A DNA stretch of 64,000 bases from an uncultured bacterium. GTDB taxonomy: Bacteria; Actinomycetota; Acidimicrobiia; Spongiisociales; UBA5794. Made by a program: the position numbers and the translations under genes. Numbering within the stretch: position 1 is the stretch's first letter; the number at the start of each line of letters is the position of its first letter. The notes below the pieces were generated by a model, which had not been told where the DNA came from, did not search any database, and worked only from the letters and a program-made list of their open reading frames with translations. The stretch lies in assembly GCA_963777645.1 (NCBI GenBank), contig CAVZRA010000006.1, positions 180,335 through 244,334 of the forward strand, read 5' to 3'. Of the stretch, positions 50,684 through 61,886 are shown one piece after another.

Positions 50684-51213
50684 GCTTCCTCCTTCCAAGC
50701 GATGAGTTTGCGGCCGAGACGATCTCGTCCCCGTTTCAGATGCGCTTTGACGGTCCCCGGGCTGCACTCGAGGACGTCGGCGATCTGTTCCAAAGAGAGG
50801 TCTTCCAGGTAGAAGAGGGCAATCGCCTGTGCCTGGCGACGCGGCAGCGACCGCACCTCGTCCCATACTTCCGATGCGGCGGGCTCGAGCTCCGGTATTC
50901 CGGTCGTGTGGAGACGAGGCATTGCCCTCACCTCGGTGAGCCCTCGTCGCAGTACTGATGTAGCCCGGTTGACCACGACACGACGCAGCCACGCCTCCGG
51001 TTTCTCGTATTGGGAAATGCGCTGCCACCGGCGATATCCGGCGATGAAGGCGTCCTGAGCTATCTCCTCGGCAACATGCCTTCTGCCGGTCAGCGCATAG
51101 GCCAGGCCGACGGCGCGTGGATACAGCCGCTTGTAGAAAGCTTCGAAATCCTCCGTGACGGCAACGAGCGGCAATGGTCTCGGCATTCTCAACACCTCGG
51201 TGAGCGTGTCCAT
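50680..51213 (-). CDS. ECF (group 4) sigma-70 factor
   Basis: Region 2 (AFYKRLYPRAVGLAYAL...DAF) and region 4 (LSLEQIADVLECSPGTVKAHLKRGR). Confidence 0.8.
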   Translation of the reverse strand: MDTLTEVLRMPRPLPLVAVTEDFEAFYKRLYPRAVGLAYALTGRRHVAEEIAQDAFIAGYRRWQRISQYEKPEAWLRRVVVNRATSVLRRGLTEVRAMPRLHTTGIPELEPAASEVWDEVRSLPRRQAQAIALFYLEDLSLEQIADVLECSPGTVKAHLKRGRDRLGRKLIAWKEEA

Positions 51214-51262
51214 ATGAAGAACACGCACGAGCAGGCTACGAGGTGTACACGTTTCTAGGCGT

Positions 51263-51433
51263 CTATCCCGTTGAGCACACAGGAGCACTCGAAACGACGG
51301 GCGTCTCAGGAGCAACCGGTGCCTCCCGACGCTGCGCCCTCTTGGCATGAAACAGCAGCCGGGAGGCCTCGGCCTCGGCGAGACGCTCTTTGACGTTGAT
51401 CTTGGCCAGGACGGAGAGGGTGTACGGGTTCAT
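51263..51433 (-). CDS. small hypothetical protein (56 aa) upstream of ECF sigma
   Basis: MNPYTLSVLAKINVKERLAEAEASRLLFHAKRAQRREAP... Weak evidence; ORF only. Confidence 0.2.
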   Translation of the reverse strand: MNPYTLSVLAKINVKERLAEAEASRLLFHAKRAQRREAPVAPETPVVSSAPVCSTG

Positions 51434-51525
51434 CGCCGGGTCCTTCCACTTGCGAACTACACCCTTGAAACTAGGTGTCCGTTGCGGACAGAACCTGTCC
51501 GTAAATTCGACTAATCTGCACGGCG

Positions 51526-52476
51526 ATGGATCCTTCGGCTCGCATGCTCCGCTTGCTGTCACTTCTTCAGGCGCGGCCACGCTGGACCGGGCCCGAGCTG
51601 GCCGATCGCCTCGAGGTCACCGACCGCACCCTGCGACGCGACATCAACCGGTTGCGAGACCTCGGCTACCCGGTGGAGGCGTACACCGGGCCTGCAGGCG
51701 GCTACATGCTCACTCCCGGAGGTGCACTGCCTCCTCTGCTACTCGACGACGATGAAGCCGTTGTCGTCGCCCTCGGGCTGCGCACCGCGGCCGGTGGCAG
51801 CTTGCCCGGCTTCGAAGACGCTGCCGTCGCTGCGCTCGCCAAGATCGAGCAGGTGCTTCCGGTGCGACTCCAGGAGCGGATCGGCGACATCCACGGCTCC
51901 ACCGTTGCCCTTCGCTCGCAAGCCGAGCCGGTCGCCGCGCTCGATCCGGAGCTTCTCGTGAAGCTTGCCCGCGGTTGCCGGACTCCGGAGCGGATGCGGT
52001 TCGGCTACACGGACTCCAAGGGAAGGGTGACCGAGCGCCACGTCGAGCCGTATCAGCTGGTTCATGCCGCACGGCGTTGGTACCTGGTCGCCCGGGACCG
52101 GGATCGGGAGGCGTGGCGCACCTTCCGGGTCGACCGCATCACCAACCCGAAACTCACCGGGATGCGGTTTACCCATCAGTCGCCACCCGACGCCGCCGCA
52201 CAGGTGTCGGAAGGTCTCGGTGTCGCGGTTTGGAAGTGGCGGGCCCGGGTGCTGTTGAAGGTGAAGCTCGCCGAGGCGAAACACCTGGTCTCCCCCACCA
52301 TCGGCGTCGTCGAAGCGACCAGGGGCGGGACCCTGCTTCGCATCGGTGCCGATGAGCTCGAATGGATAGCACGATATCTCGCCGGTCTTTCATGCCGCTT
52401 CCGCATCCTCGAGCCCCCCGAGTTGAAGGATGCCGTCCGGGCCTTGATCGCGCGCTTGGAGGACGACGCTCGCTGA
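51526..52476 (+). CDS. YafY-family transcriptional regulator (HTH + WYL + WCX domains)
   Basis: MLRLLSLLQARPRWTGPELADRLEVTDRTLRRDI HTH, then a WYL domain (ERHVEPYQLVHAARRWYLVARD). Confidence 0.85.
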   Translation: MDPSARMLRLLSLLQARPRWTGPELADRLEVTDRTLRRDINRLRDLGYPVEAYTGPAGGYMLTPGGALPPLLLDDDEAVVVALGLRTAAGGSLPGFEDAAVAALAKIEQVLPVRLQERIGDIHGSTVALRSQAEPVAALDPELLVKLARGCRTPERMRFGYTDSKGRVTERHVEPYQLVHAARRWYLVARDRDREAWRTFRVDRITNPKLTGMRFTHQSPPDAAAQVSEGLGVAVWKWRARVLLKVKLAEAKHLVSPTIGVVEATRGGTLLRIGADELEWIARYLAGLSCRFRILEPPELKDAVRALIARLEDDAR

Positions 52477-52516
52477 ATGTCCCCACCTCCTGAAGCTGAG
52501 TGGCAGAATCGCATCC

Positions 52517-53054
52517 ATGGAGCATCTCACTACGGAACAACTAGAAGCGGGTCTCGACGAAGTCAGAGCGGCACCCCGCGACGAAGGCATGCTCGCGCTC
52601 ATCGTGCGAAGGCCCGAGATCGACGGGCGCGAGGTCCTCGACGTCGGAGAACTCACGATCGAGGACGGTCTCGTCGGGGACTCGTGGCGAGTGCGCCAGG
52701 GCGACGCGCCGGACCCGCACACTCAGCTCAATGTGATGAACGCCAGGTTCACCGCGTTGGTGGCCGGGCTCGCAGGAGCGCTGGCAACTCGCCGGAGATC
52801 AGCTCTACCTGGACCTGGACCTCGGTGAGGAGAACCTCCCCGTGGGTACCAGGGTGGCGATCGGTGACGCCGTCATCGAGGTCACCGCAATCCCCCACAC
52901 GGGGTGTCAGAAGTTCTCGGCTCGCTTCGGCCTCGAGGCGCGCCGCTTCGTCAACTCTGAGGTAGGCAAGTCGCTACGGCTGCGCGGCTTGAACGCCCGT
53001 GTGGTCACCCCGGGCACGATTCGCCGCGGCGATCCGGTGCGCAAGCTGCCTTGA
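52517..53054 (+). pseudogene. MOSC domain-containing protein, one frameshift near 52810
   Basis: N-terminal part in ORF 52517-52828. C-terminal MOSC beta-barrel (VGTRVAIGDAVIEVTAIPHTGCQKFSARFG) in ORF 52842-53054. Confidence 0.6.
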
Positions 53055-53134
53055 GCGTTCGTGCGTACCGCGTGCCCACATATGGGCACAGCGTCCGCCA
53101 GAAGATGAAGAGACAGATACCGACGTAACAAGGC

Positions 53135-53740
53135 TCAGTCGTCGTGCTCGCCGCCGTCGTCACCACCGTCGTGTGATTCGTCCTTGACGTCGTACTTCAA
53201 CTGGCCGCCCTCCATGTGGGCGACCAGTTCGGACTTGTGCTCGTTGCCTTCGAACTCGACCTGAATCTCGTCGGGTCCCTTGTTCTCGATGTGGGGGTAA
53301 TAGCCGGAGTTGGGAACGGCCGAGATAACCCGGACCTCGTTGCCGCCGTACTCCACCACAACCGTTCCGCCGATCAGGGCGAACGTCTTCCGCTGCATAA
53401 CGGGCGGCGCTGTGGTGGTTGTGGTAGTTGCGGGAGGCGCCGTCGTAGTGGTCGTTGTCTGTGACTCAGCCACCGTCGTGGTCGTCTCGGGAGGTTGGGT
53501 AGTGCTGGTCGAGAGGGTCGATGATGTCGATGTCGCTGCAGGCAGGGTCGTCGACGGGACATCACCCGTGCTGGCAACCGTGATTGTTGTTGTGGTCGTC
53601 GGCGCTCCGATCGCTTCCGGTGTTTCGACGACGCGAGCGCGAATGCCGGCGACCGCGGTCGATGCGATCAGCACCGACAGAACGGTTGCGCCGAGCCACG
53701 CTACGCCCAAGCCCACAATTCGCTTCATCAGAACCAGCAT
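53135..53740 (-). CDS. secreted protein with Thr-rich linker and acidic His/Asp C-terminal tail
   Basis: Signal peptide and a TTTTT-rich region. C-terminus is ...VKDESHDGGDDGGEHDD. Confidence 0.55.
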   Translation of the reverse strand: MLVLMKRIVGLGVAWLGATVLSVLIASTAVAGIRARVVETPEAIGAPTTTTTITVASTGDVPSTTLPAATSTSSTLSTSTTQPPETTTTVAESQTTTTTTAPPATTTTTTAPPVMQRKTFALIGGTVVVEYGGNEVRVISAVPNSGYYPHIENKGPDEIQVEFEGNEHKSELVAHMEGGQLKYDVKDESHDGGDDGGEHDD

Positions 53741-53834
53741 GCACCAATCAGCACGGTGCTGAGTTAAGCGACGGCTAAATCAGCATGAAACCGCAGCTAT
53801 CTCGAGGCCCCAACCACCACACCGGTGTAACTTC

Positions 53835-54524
53835 TTGACCATGGCATCAGTTCTCCTCATCGAAGACGACCAGAGAATCCGGCATTCGCTGGCCACTCGC
53901 CTCGCCGAACGCGGCCACGATGTCGAGTCGACAGCGACCGCAATGGACGGCGTCCAGAAGGCGGTGAGCGGCAACGTAGACATTGTCGTTCTCGATCTCG
54001 GCTTACCCGACGTCGACGGCAAGGAAGCTCTCCGCATGATCAGGGCGGTCAGTGAGGTACCCGTCATTGTCGCCACGGCACGAGATGACCAGGACGAGAT
54101 CGTCAAGATCTTCGATGCCGGCGCCGACGACTACGTCATCAAGCCCTACTCCACCGATCACTTGGAGGCACGTATCCGGGCACTACTGCGACGGGCAACC
54201 ACAGTTGCAGACAACCCGAAGATCACCATCGGCGACCTGTGCATCGACCCGGACGCCCACGAAGCGACGCTCGGCGGCGAGCGCCTCGATCTGTCTGCCA
54301 AGGAGTTCGAGCTACTCGCCTACCTGGCCGAGCGACCCGGCAAGATGATCGGAAAGCGAGAGCTGCTCGCAGCCGTGTGGCGTCAGCCGTACGGTGGAGC
54401 TGACAAGACGGTTGACGTGCATCTCTCGTGGTTGCGCAAGAAACTCGGTGAGACCGCCGCAGAGCCCGTCTACATCCACACCCGTAGAGGTGTTGGAGTC
54501 AAACTCGTCGACCCGAGCTCGTGA
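53835..54524 (+). CDS. OmpR/PhoB-family response regulator
   Basis: Receiver domain (LLIEDD...VVLDLGLPDVDG) plus winged-helix DNA-binding output. Confidence 0.9.
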   Translation: MTMASVLLIEDDQRIRHSLATRLAERGHDVESTATAMDGVQKAVSGNVDIVVLDLGLPDVDGKEALRMIRAVSEVPVIVATARDDQDEIVKIFDAGADDYVIKPYSTDHLEARIRALLRRATTVADNPKITIGDLCIDPDAHEATLGGERLDLSAKEFELLAYLAERPGKMIGKRELLAAVWRQPYGGADKTVDVHLSWLRKKLGETAAEPVYIHTRRGVGVKLVDPSS

Positions 54525-55813
54525 GAGCACGGCTCAACCTCGTTGTCGGGGCCGTTACCACGATGGTGGTCATTGCCTTCCTCGTCCCACTCGTACTGAC
54601 CGTCCGGGACCTGGCTTCGGACCGGGCCGTGACGGCGGCCCAGAATGAAGCCGCCGCCATCGCTCAATTCATCGCATTGAGCGCGCCGGGCAATGCCGCT
54701 GCGGACGCCATCGATGAGGTTCAGCAGATCAGCGATGTATACCCGACCTCATTCATCCTCATCAGCGACGCCGGTGAGCAGGTCTTCGGCGAGCCCATCC
54801 CCGCAGGTGAGAACCTCGATGCCGCCCGCAACGGCGCCCGCTTCCGGGCCGCCGTCCCGGGCGGTCAGGCTGTCTATGCCCCGGTGCTGCTCCCAACGAC
54901 CAACGAGACGGTGGTTGTCCGTGTGTTCGTTGCCAAGGCGAGCCTCACCAAAGGCGTTGCCAGGTCGACGATCGTGCTGGTCCTGCTCGGCATGACGATC
55001 ATCGCCATCGCCATCGCGGTCGCTGATCGGCTTGGTAGATCGATGGTGCAACCGGTCAGGGAGCTGTCCGCAACGGCATCCGTTCTCGGCGAAGGCAACC
55101 TGCATGCACGGGTCAAACCCGATGGTCCCCCCGAGATCAAAGAAGTCGGTGTCGAGCTGAACGATCTGGCCGATCGCATCGTGCGGCTGCTCCGCATGGA
55201 ACGAGAGGCGGCCGCAGATCTCTCGCACCGGCTGCGCACACCGTTGACCGCGGTCAGGCTCGACGCGGAGGCGCTGGAGCCCGGGCCGGGCAGTGAACGT
55301 CTCCTCGAGGATCTCGACGAGCTCGAGCGCACCGTGGACTTCGTCATCCGCGAAGCGCGCCGCCCGGGACGATCGGACGCGGCAAGGACTTGCGACCTCG
55401 CCGAAGTGGCCGAGGAGCGGGTTCGATTCTGGGCCGCGCTTGCGGAAGAACAGGACCGCAACGTCGAGTTCATCTCCGACGGATCGCCTGCACCAGTCCC
55501 CATCGGGACCGATGATGCGACGACGATGATCGATGCTCTGGTTGGGAACGTATTTGCGCACACCGCGGAAGGGATTGGATTCACCGTTGCGGTGGCTTCG
55601 CTCGACGAGGATGTAATCCTCGTCGTCGACGATCGGGGCCCCGGTTTCTCTGCAGCGATGGCGGAGCGTGGGCTGAGCTCTGGTGGCTCTACGGGTCTCG
55701 GGCTCGACATAGTGGCACGCCTGGCACATACCGGTGGCGGCGAAATGACTATCGGTACCAGCGAGACGGGAGGTGGCAGAGTAACCGTCACGTTCCCAGA
55801 GTCGACCTCCTAG
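54521..55813 (+). CDS. sensor histidine kinase (HAMP-HisKA-HATPase)
   Basis: Two TM, H-box LSHRLRTPLTAV and a G-box GGSTGLGLDIV. It overlaps the RR stop by 4 nt. Confidence 0.85.
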   Translation: MRARLNLVVGAVTTMVVIAFLVPLVLTVRDLASDRAVTAAQNEAAAIAQFIALSAPGNAAADAIDEVQQISDVYPTSFILISDAGEQVFGEPIPAGENLDAARNGARFRAAVPGGQAVYAPVLLPTTNETVVVRVFVAKASLTKGVARSTIVLVLLGMTIIAIAIAVADRLGRSMVQPVRELSATASVLGEGNLHARVKPDGPPEIKEVGVELNDLADRIVRLLRMEREAAADLSHRLRTPLTAVRLDAEALEPGPGSERLLEDLDELERTVDFVIREARRPGRSDAARTCDLAEVAEERVRFWAALAEEQDRNVEFISDGSPAPVPIGTDDATTMIDALVGNVFAHTAEGIGFTVAVASLDEDVILVVDDRGPGFSAAMAERGLSSGGSTGLGLDIVARLAHTGGGEMTIGTSETGGGRVTVTFPESTS

Positions 55814-55864
55814 GACCCGAAGGCGACTCGCATTCTGCTCATTCGGTTCTAACCTAGCGAAATT

Positions 55865-58466
55865 GTGTCTACTCGACCCGTTGCTCCACAGTTTCCTATC
55901 GTCTCGTTCCTGCAGCGGCGCAGCCGCCTACAAAGATGGATCGCGGCCGGTTTTGCTGCGTTGCTCGCGCTCGCATGGCTCATACGCTTCGCCGCGGCGA
56001 CCCTGCTCGACAAATGGTGGTACGACTCTGTCACAACCGCCCCTGTCTGGTCAACCAGACTGGTCGCTCAGATCGAGTTGGCGATTGCTGCGGCGGTTAT
56101 CACTGGCGTGACCCTCGGGATATCGACGGTCTTAGGTTTGCGGGTGGGACCTGCGCCGGACAACGGACCGAACAGGCTTGTCGTCCATTACCGCCAGCGA
56201 ATGGGCCCGGCGCACCGGTGGGCGCTGATCGGCATCGCGACTCTATTGACGCTACAGACAATCCCGACGGCGATGAGTCGATGGCAACCATGGGTGCTGT
56301 TCCTCAACGGCCCCAACCTCGGAGAAAAGGCTCCCGAGATCGGCTTCGACCTCGGCTACCACCTGTTCCGGCTCCCCTTCCTCATCTACCTGGGCAGCTG
56401 GCTCCAGAGACTGCTGATCCTTGCCGTAATGGTCGCCGCTGCCGGCTACATCGCAAACGGCGCACTTCGCCTACCCGGACGGGGCAGGAGGTCAGCACAA
56501 CGTGCAATTGCCCATCTGGCAGTACTCGCTGCGGCGCTCGCAGTAGTTCGCGGATTGGTGTACCTGCTCGTTCAACGGCCGGGACTCGCCACAAACCAGA
56601 ACGGCGCTTTCGATGGCCCTGGGTTCACAGAGCTCCGGGTGATCAGCCCCGTACTGATCATCCTGGCAATCGTCGCCTTCGCCACCGCGGCTCTCACGCT
56701 GTACGGGGCACGCACACATCAGTGGCGCCCGGCCCAGATTGCGTTTGGAGTATGGGCGGTCTCCTATGTCATCGGCATGTGGGCAGTGCCATATGTCGTG
56801 CAGAAGGTCATCGTCAAACCAGCTGAGGCCGAAAGGGAACTCCCCTATATCGCCCACAACCTGGAGGCAACTCGAACTGCGTATCGACTCGATGCTGTAG
56901 AACAGACAACTGCATCCTACGCCGACGGCCTGGAGGAACCACCGAGTGCAGATGCTGCAGCGGTCCTAGATCGGATCCCCGTCTTCACGACGGCGCAGCT
57001 TGTCGCTCCTCTTCAGGTGCTCGAGGGTACAACTGCGACCCGCATAACCGATGTAGACCTCGATCGGTACAACATCAACGGAGTAACCCGGCCGGTTCTC
57101 ATCGCTGCACGGAACGCGTTCCAACAGGACCTTCCGGAAAAAGGATGGGTTCAATCCCATCTCGTATATACACACGGTGACGGTGTGGTCGCCGTGCCTG
57201 CCGATACTGTGGCGGCAGACGGGCGCCCGGACGTCGACGCTCTGGCCGAGACGCTCAACCCGGAGCGCTTCGAGCTGTACTTCGGCGAAGGCCTCAACGG
57301 CTGGTACGCAATCGTCGGTACCAAGCGAACCGAGCAGGGCGGGGTCAGTTTCGCAGGAACCACGGGCATCTCGGTTGGAGGCTTTTGGGAAAGGATGGTC
57401 ACCGCCATTGGTCTCGGTGATCTCGAGCCGCTCACCTCGAGCGAGCTCACTTCGTCATCCCAGTTGCTGCTCGAGGCGCGATCTGCGAGAGCGCCTCACC
57501 ATGCTGGCGCCCTTCATGGCCTGGGACGGTGAAGCATATCCAGTGGTAACGGGCAACCGCGTGGTGTGGATCATGGACGGGTACACAAGGGCTTCGACCT
57601 ACCCCTACTCACAGTTTGCCCGGAGCGTGGGACTGTCGGCTCCGAGCTCGCTCGCATCCGGCTCGTTCAACTACGTACATGGGTCGGTGAAGGCCACCAT
57701 CGACGCCTACGACGGCACGGTACACCTATACCGGACCGAGGTCGGCGGTGCCGATGATCCGATCCTCGAGGCATGGGAACAGATCTTCCCGGGTTTGATC
57801 GAGCCAATCGCCAACATGCCTTCGGATCTGGCCGCCCACCTGTTGTACCCGCCGGATCTGTTCAAAGTTCAAACGAGCCTGCTCGGTAGGTACCACGTTG
57901 CTGACCCCGAGGTGCTATTCAACGGCTCCGATCGCTGGTCGATCACTCCCGCTCCGGGAGCAGGCGTCGCCAAGGATTCCCCCGGGCTTTCCGAGGCGGT
58001 ATCTCTCTTCTTGCCAACGGCAGGAGAGATGCAGGGTCACTGGGTGGCGATACGGACGTACGGTCCGGGTGCCTCCACGAACCCGACTGCCAACCGGGAT
58101 TTCCTTTCTGCACTAGCCATCGCAGATCACGACGACCCGGAACGTCTGGTGCTCGTTCGCGTCGAACCTCGACTCGGTAGGCAGGTGTCGAGCCCGCTGG
58201 TCGCCCAGAGCGCTATCGATACCGACCGAGAGTTGGCTCAGTCATTCACCCTGCTGAATGCCAATGGATCGGTAGTGCAGTTCGGGCCGATGACGCCACT
58301 TCCGCTCGACGGGGCGATGGTATGGGTACGGGCCATAATCGTCTCAGGCACTGCCAACACGACAGCTCCACGTCTTTTCGGAGTTGCGGCCGTCTCGAAT
58401 GGCATTGTCGGCGAAGCCGGTTCGGTGCCTGAGGCAGTCGCCGACACGCTGAGCGCGGGGAACTAG
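55865..58466 (+). pseudogene. UPF0182 family large membrane protein, one frameshift near 57490
   Basis: N-terminal 7-TM region plus the conserved YVVQKVIVKPAEAERELPYIAHNLEATRTAY. It continues in frame 57177-58466 after LRERLTMLAPFMAWDGEAYPVV. Confidence 0.7.
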
Positions 58467-58756
58467 AGCTCCAAGCGGGTACCCGAGAAGTCGCCGTGAA
58501 GACTCGCCGTCCCATTCGCATTGCCGTTGTTGAGTTCCACTTCGGCTCGAGAGAAGAACAGTGACGGAAGCGGCAACGATCTTTGTCGGCGACGACTTGA
58601 CAGAGACTGACCATGACATCTCTGTGATGGACGAGGCTGGTGGCCAGTTCGGGAGCCGGCCACCACCGGAGGGCTTGGGCGGGATCCGGGGATTCCAAGA
58701 TCTGATGGCTGACCATGTCGACGACCCTGCCGTGACAAGATCCACTCATGGGGCGT

Positions 58757-59506
58757 CTAGCCGACGAAGGCCCTGTACTCCTCTATGACCTCCCCAGGGT
58801 CCCCGTCCGCACGTAACCTGCCTTGTTCGATCCAGATGACACGACTGCTTCGTTTCTGGACTTCGTTGAGGGAGTGGCTCACGAGCAGCAGGGTTCCGGC
58901 ATTCTCTAGCAGCCGGTCGATCCGAGCTTCAGACTTTTTCCGGAAAGCTTCGTCCCCGACTGCAAGCGCCTCATCAATGAGCAGAATCTCCGGCTCCATC
59001 GCGGTCGCTACAGCAAAGTGGAGTCGCGCACGCATCCCCGACGAATAGGTGTGGAGGGGACGATCAAGAGCCTCACCTAGATCAGTGAATGCCGCGATCT
59101 CCTCGAGATCTTCCTCAACCTCATCGGCTGTCATCCCGAGCGCCATGCAGCCGATTCTGATGTTCTTCCACCCCGTCGCCGCCGGAAGCAAGGTTGCACC
59201 GACACCCAACAGCTTGGGCTCGGCGGACACCAGGATATCACCCGAAGTAGCGGGCAACAGTCCCGCGACCGCCGCCAAGAGTGTCGACTTTCCCGAGCCA
59301 TTGGAGCCGATAACACCGACCGAGTCGCCGGCGCTGACGTCAAAGCTCACACCCCGCAACGCACGGACCACTCGCTTGCCGGTTCCCTTGTGCTTGACCA
59401 GACGCTCGCGCAGGGCCGCCCTGCGGTCCTCGGAGATCTCATAGTCGAGGTAGAGATCCCTCACGCTGATTGAGATCGGTGCCGTCATGCGCGCCCGAAC
59501 CTCCAC
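58757..59506 (-). CDS. ABC transporter ATP-binding protein of polysaccharide/teichoic-acid export type (Wzt/TagH-like)
   Basis: Walker A GSNGSGKST, signature SSGMRARL and Walker B ILLIDE. Confidence 0.85.
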   Translation of the reverse strand: MEVRARMTAPISISVRDLYLDYEISEDRRAALRERLVKHKGTGKRVVRALRGVSFDVSAGDSVGVIGSNGSGKSTLLAAVAGLLPATSGDILVSAEPKLLGVGATLLPAATGWKNIRIGCMALGMTADEVEEDLEEIAAFTDLGEALDRPLHTYSSGMRARLHFAVATAMEPEILLIDEALAVGDEAFRKKSEARIDRLLENAGTLLLVSHSLNEVQKRSSRVIWIEQGRLRADGDPGEVIEEYRAFVG

Positions 59507-60330
59507 TCAGCTGCCCGGAAGTAGCGGAAGCCAAACCACAGAATACCGAATGAAATGAGGGCCGTCTTGACGAGTGCACCGGCATCAACCGGCGTGCCCA
59601 GGAACGCCCATCGGTACAAATCAATGATCGACATCAGCGGGTTGAGGGAGATGATTGTCTGAGGCAGCCCAGTGATCTTGTCGCCCAAATAGTTCTGAAT
59701 CGGGAACATCACGCCCGACAAGTATTGGAGCAACCGGAACAGGAACGGGATGATCTGTTGGACGTCGCGAAACGCCTCATTGAGTCGGGCGGCAATGAAG
59801 GCTCCTCCAAGATTGAAGGCCGTGTGGAGGACAAGGATCAGCGGCAGCATCAGAAGCCTTCGGGACAACCCCACCCCGGACAGGACCGTGAAGCCAGCAA
59901 GCATGGACAGCTCGATACCGAAGCTGATGAGACGGCTGAGGACGACCGAGATGGGGAGCAGTGTTCGCGGGAACTTGATAGCCCTGATCAGGCCCTTGTT
60001 GTTGGTAATGGATGCTGCTCCGCCAAGCACCGAGCCGGAGGTGAGCCGGAAGACAAAAACCCCAATGGTCAGCCACAGCAGGAAGTTGTCGATCCCCCGG
60101 TTCGATTGAAGCAACAACCCGAAAACGAAGTAGTAGACAGCAACCACCAGCAAGGGATTGCCGAGATGCCAGACGTTCCCGAGCAGGGTGTTCTTGTGCT
60201 CGGATCTGAGCTGCTCGAGCGGTACCGCGACCGCAAAGTCGCGGCGGTCCCACATCTCGGCAAGGTACTCCCGCGTGGGGAGTTGGGCGTTGACGGATCT
60301 CAGATTGTCGGTGGTGTCGGCGGTGTCCAT
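59485..60330 (-). CDS. ABC-2 type transport permease (Wzm/TagG-like)
   Basis: 281 aa, 6 TM, ABC-2 family pattern. It overlaps the ATPase gene. Confidence 0.8.
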   Translation of the reverse strand: MDTADTTDNLRSVNAQLPTREYLAEMWDRRDFAVAVPLEQLRSEHKNTLLGNVWHLGNPLLVVAVYYFVFGLLLQSNRGIDNFLLWLTIGVFVFRLTSGSVLGGAASITNNKGLIRAIKFPRTLLPISVVLSRLISFGIELSMLAGFTVLSGVGLSRRLLMLPLILVLHTAFNLGGAFIAARLNEAFRDVQQIIPFLFRLLQYLSGVMFPIQNYLGDKITGLPQTIISLNPLMSIIDLYRWAFLGTPVDAGALVKTALISFGILWFGFRYFRAAEWRFGRA

Positions 60331-60414
60331 TGACAGCCTCTCGGCAAGCGTGCGGACGAACGAGGCTTCAGGTTACCCGCGGTCTGCGGCTCCACAACAC
60401 AAACCCGTACGCCG

Positions 60415-61035
60415 TCAGCTCTGTGCCGACATCTCCAGCGTTTTGTCCTGCTGCGAGCTCGCCACCGAAATCGGCGCCGGGCCGCGACGTGTCGCCCCTC
60501 GCACCGGTTGCGCCGGTGCGGCAGCCTGGGCGATACGAATCACAAGCAGCAAGAGCACGATCGCAAGCGACCCGATATACATGCCCATCACAACAGGATG
60601 GGAGGTGTCGGTCCCGCTGAAGACACCGTGAAGACCGGCAGTGAGGAAAGTGCCAAACGACAATGTGTGAATGGCACGCCAGGCACGCTGCCCGATCCAC
60701 TGCTTGACGTAGAAGCTCACCGTGATGATGAATACGAAGTAGAACGCCACCACGCCAAGCGCTACCGGGAGCGGGCGCCATGCTGAAGCTCCCGGGACAA
60801 ACAGTGACCGATACCCGAAGTCGATGAAATCGTGGTTGAACAGGAAGTACATGTGCACCCCTGTGGCGACCAGGGCGGCAATCCCGAGCGACTCGTGAAA
60901 CCAGGTGACACCCTTCGCCTTGACGGCGCGGCCCAGCACCTTGGTGGAGATCAACAACCCCCACACCGTTGACCCGGCCAGCAACAGGAACGCAATGATC
61001 CCCGAGCCGCGGATTGCCATCCACCCAATACTCAT
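60415..61035 (-). CDS. ferric-reductase-like transmembrane heme protein (MsrQ/YedZ-like)
   Basis: About 6 TM with conserved His pairs (WFHESLG...GVHMY; AIHTLSFG...GLHGV). Start chosen at the internal Met so that it does not overlap apbE. Confidence 0.55.
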   Translation of the reverse strand: MSIGWMAIRGSGIIAFLLLAGSTVWGLLISTKVLGRAVKAKGVTWFHESLGIAALVATGVHMYFLFNHDFIDFGYRSLFVPGASAWRPLPVALGVVAFYFVFIITVSFYVKQWIGQRAWRAIHTLSFGTFLTAGLHGVFSGTDTSHPVVMGMYIGSLAIVLLLLVIRIAQAAAPAQPVRGATRRGPAPISVASSQQDKTLEMSAQS

Positions 61036-61048
61036 CTCATAGCTCCTC

Positions 61049-61886
61049 TCAGGCAGCCATTTCCCAGCCGGTTGTGGCATAGACGCTGCCGTCGTGCCAC
61101 ACCGCCAGGGCGGCGCGGATCCAGGTTTGTTGCTCGGCCCAGGTCAGCCCATGCTCACCCCGGAGCAGCACTGCCTTGGCACCCGCCTCGGCCTCGACCG
61201 CGGTTGCCGCGATGACGCTGGCGCTGATGATTGGCGATGTTGCAGGCTCCAGGCGGCGCGGGTCCACGAGATGGTGTGCTTCTACGTCGCCAACTCGCCA
61301 GCGACGCCGGCTTGATGTCGACGTGGCCAAACCACCTCTCCCGAGATGCACGTTCACGGCCACCTCACCCCAGGGATCCTCGATTGATACGGTGGTTTCA
61401 GGGTTGTCGGACCTGACGTCGCCACCAGCTGAAACAACATCGGCGAGCCCCGCCGCGACAGCGAGATCTGCCGTCCAACCCTTGGCGATGCCACCGAGGT
61501 CGAGAAGCGTGCCGGGGCGACCTACGCACAGAGTTCCCGGAGACGTTCCAATCGTTGACGCCACTGATCGTCGAGACGGCGCCACGATCTTCGACCTCGG
61601 CAAAGGTGCGGTCATAACCCCACTCGATGACGGCATTGCCTACCGCGGGGTCGACGAGCCGCTCGGTCCGGGTGCGTAGATCCCATGCAGCCTGCAAACA
61701 GGCAGCCAACTCGCTCGAGACCAGCACCGACTCCCGGGGGTCGCGATTGAGCATGCTCAACTCGCTTGTCTCGTCGAATCTGCTGAAGATCCGCTCCGCT
61801 ACTTTGAAGAAGGGCTCGACGTTGGACGGGTCGGCGCCAAGGGCAACGATCCGGGTGCCCATTGCCTCGAACTGGATCTCGATCAT
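61049..61886 (-). pseudogene. apbE: FAD:protein FMN transferase ApbE, 1-2 frameshifts near 61600
   Basis: N-terminus MIEIQFEAMGT in frame 61398-62264. C-terminal LDLGGIAKGW...HHLVDPRR in frame 61049-61636. Confidence 0.7.

Noticed and set aside
51526-52476. WYL regulator as marker of a defence island
   Set aside because: Neighbours are a MOSC protein and an ECF sigma. No restriction, CRISPR, BREX or abortive-infection genes are nearby.
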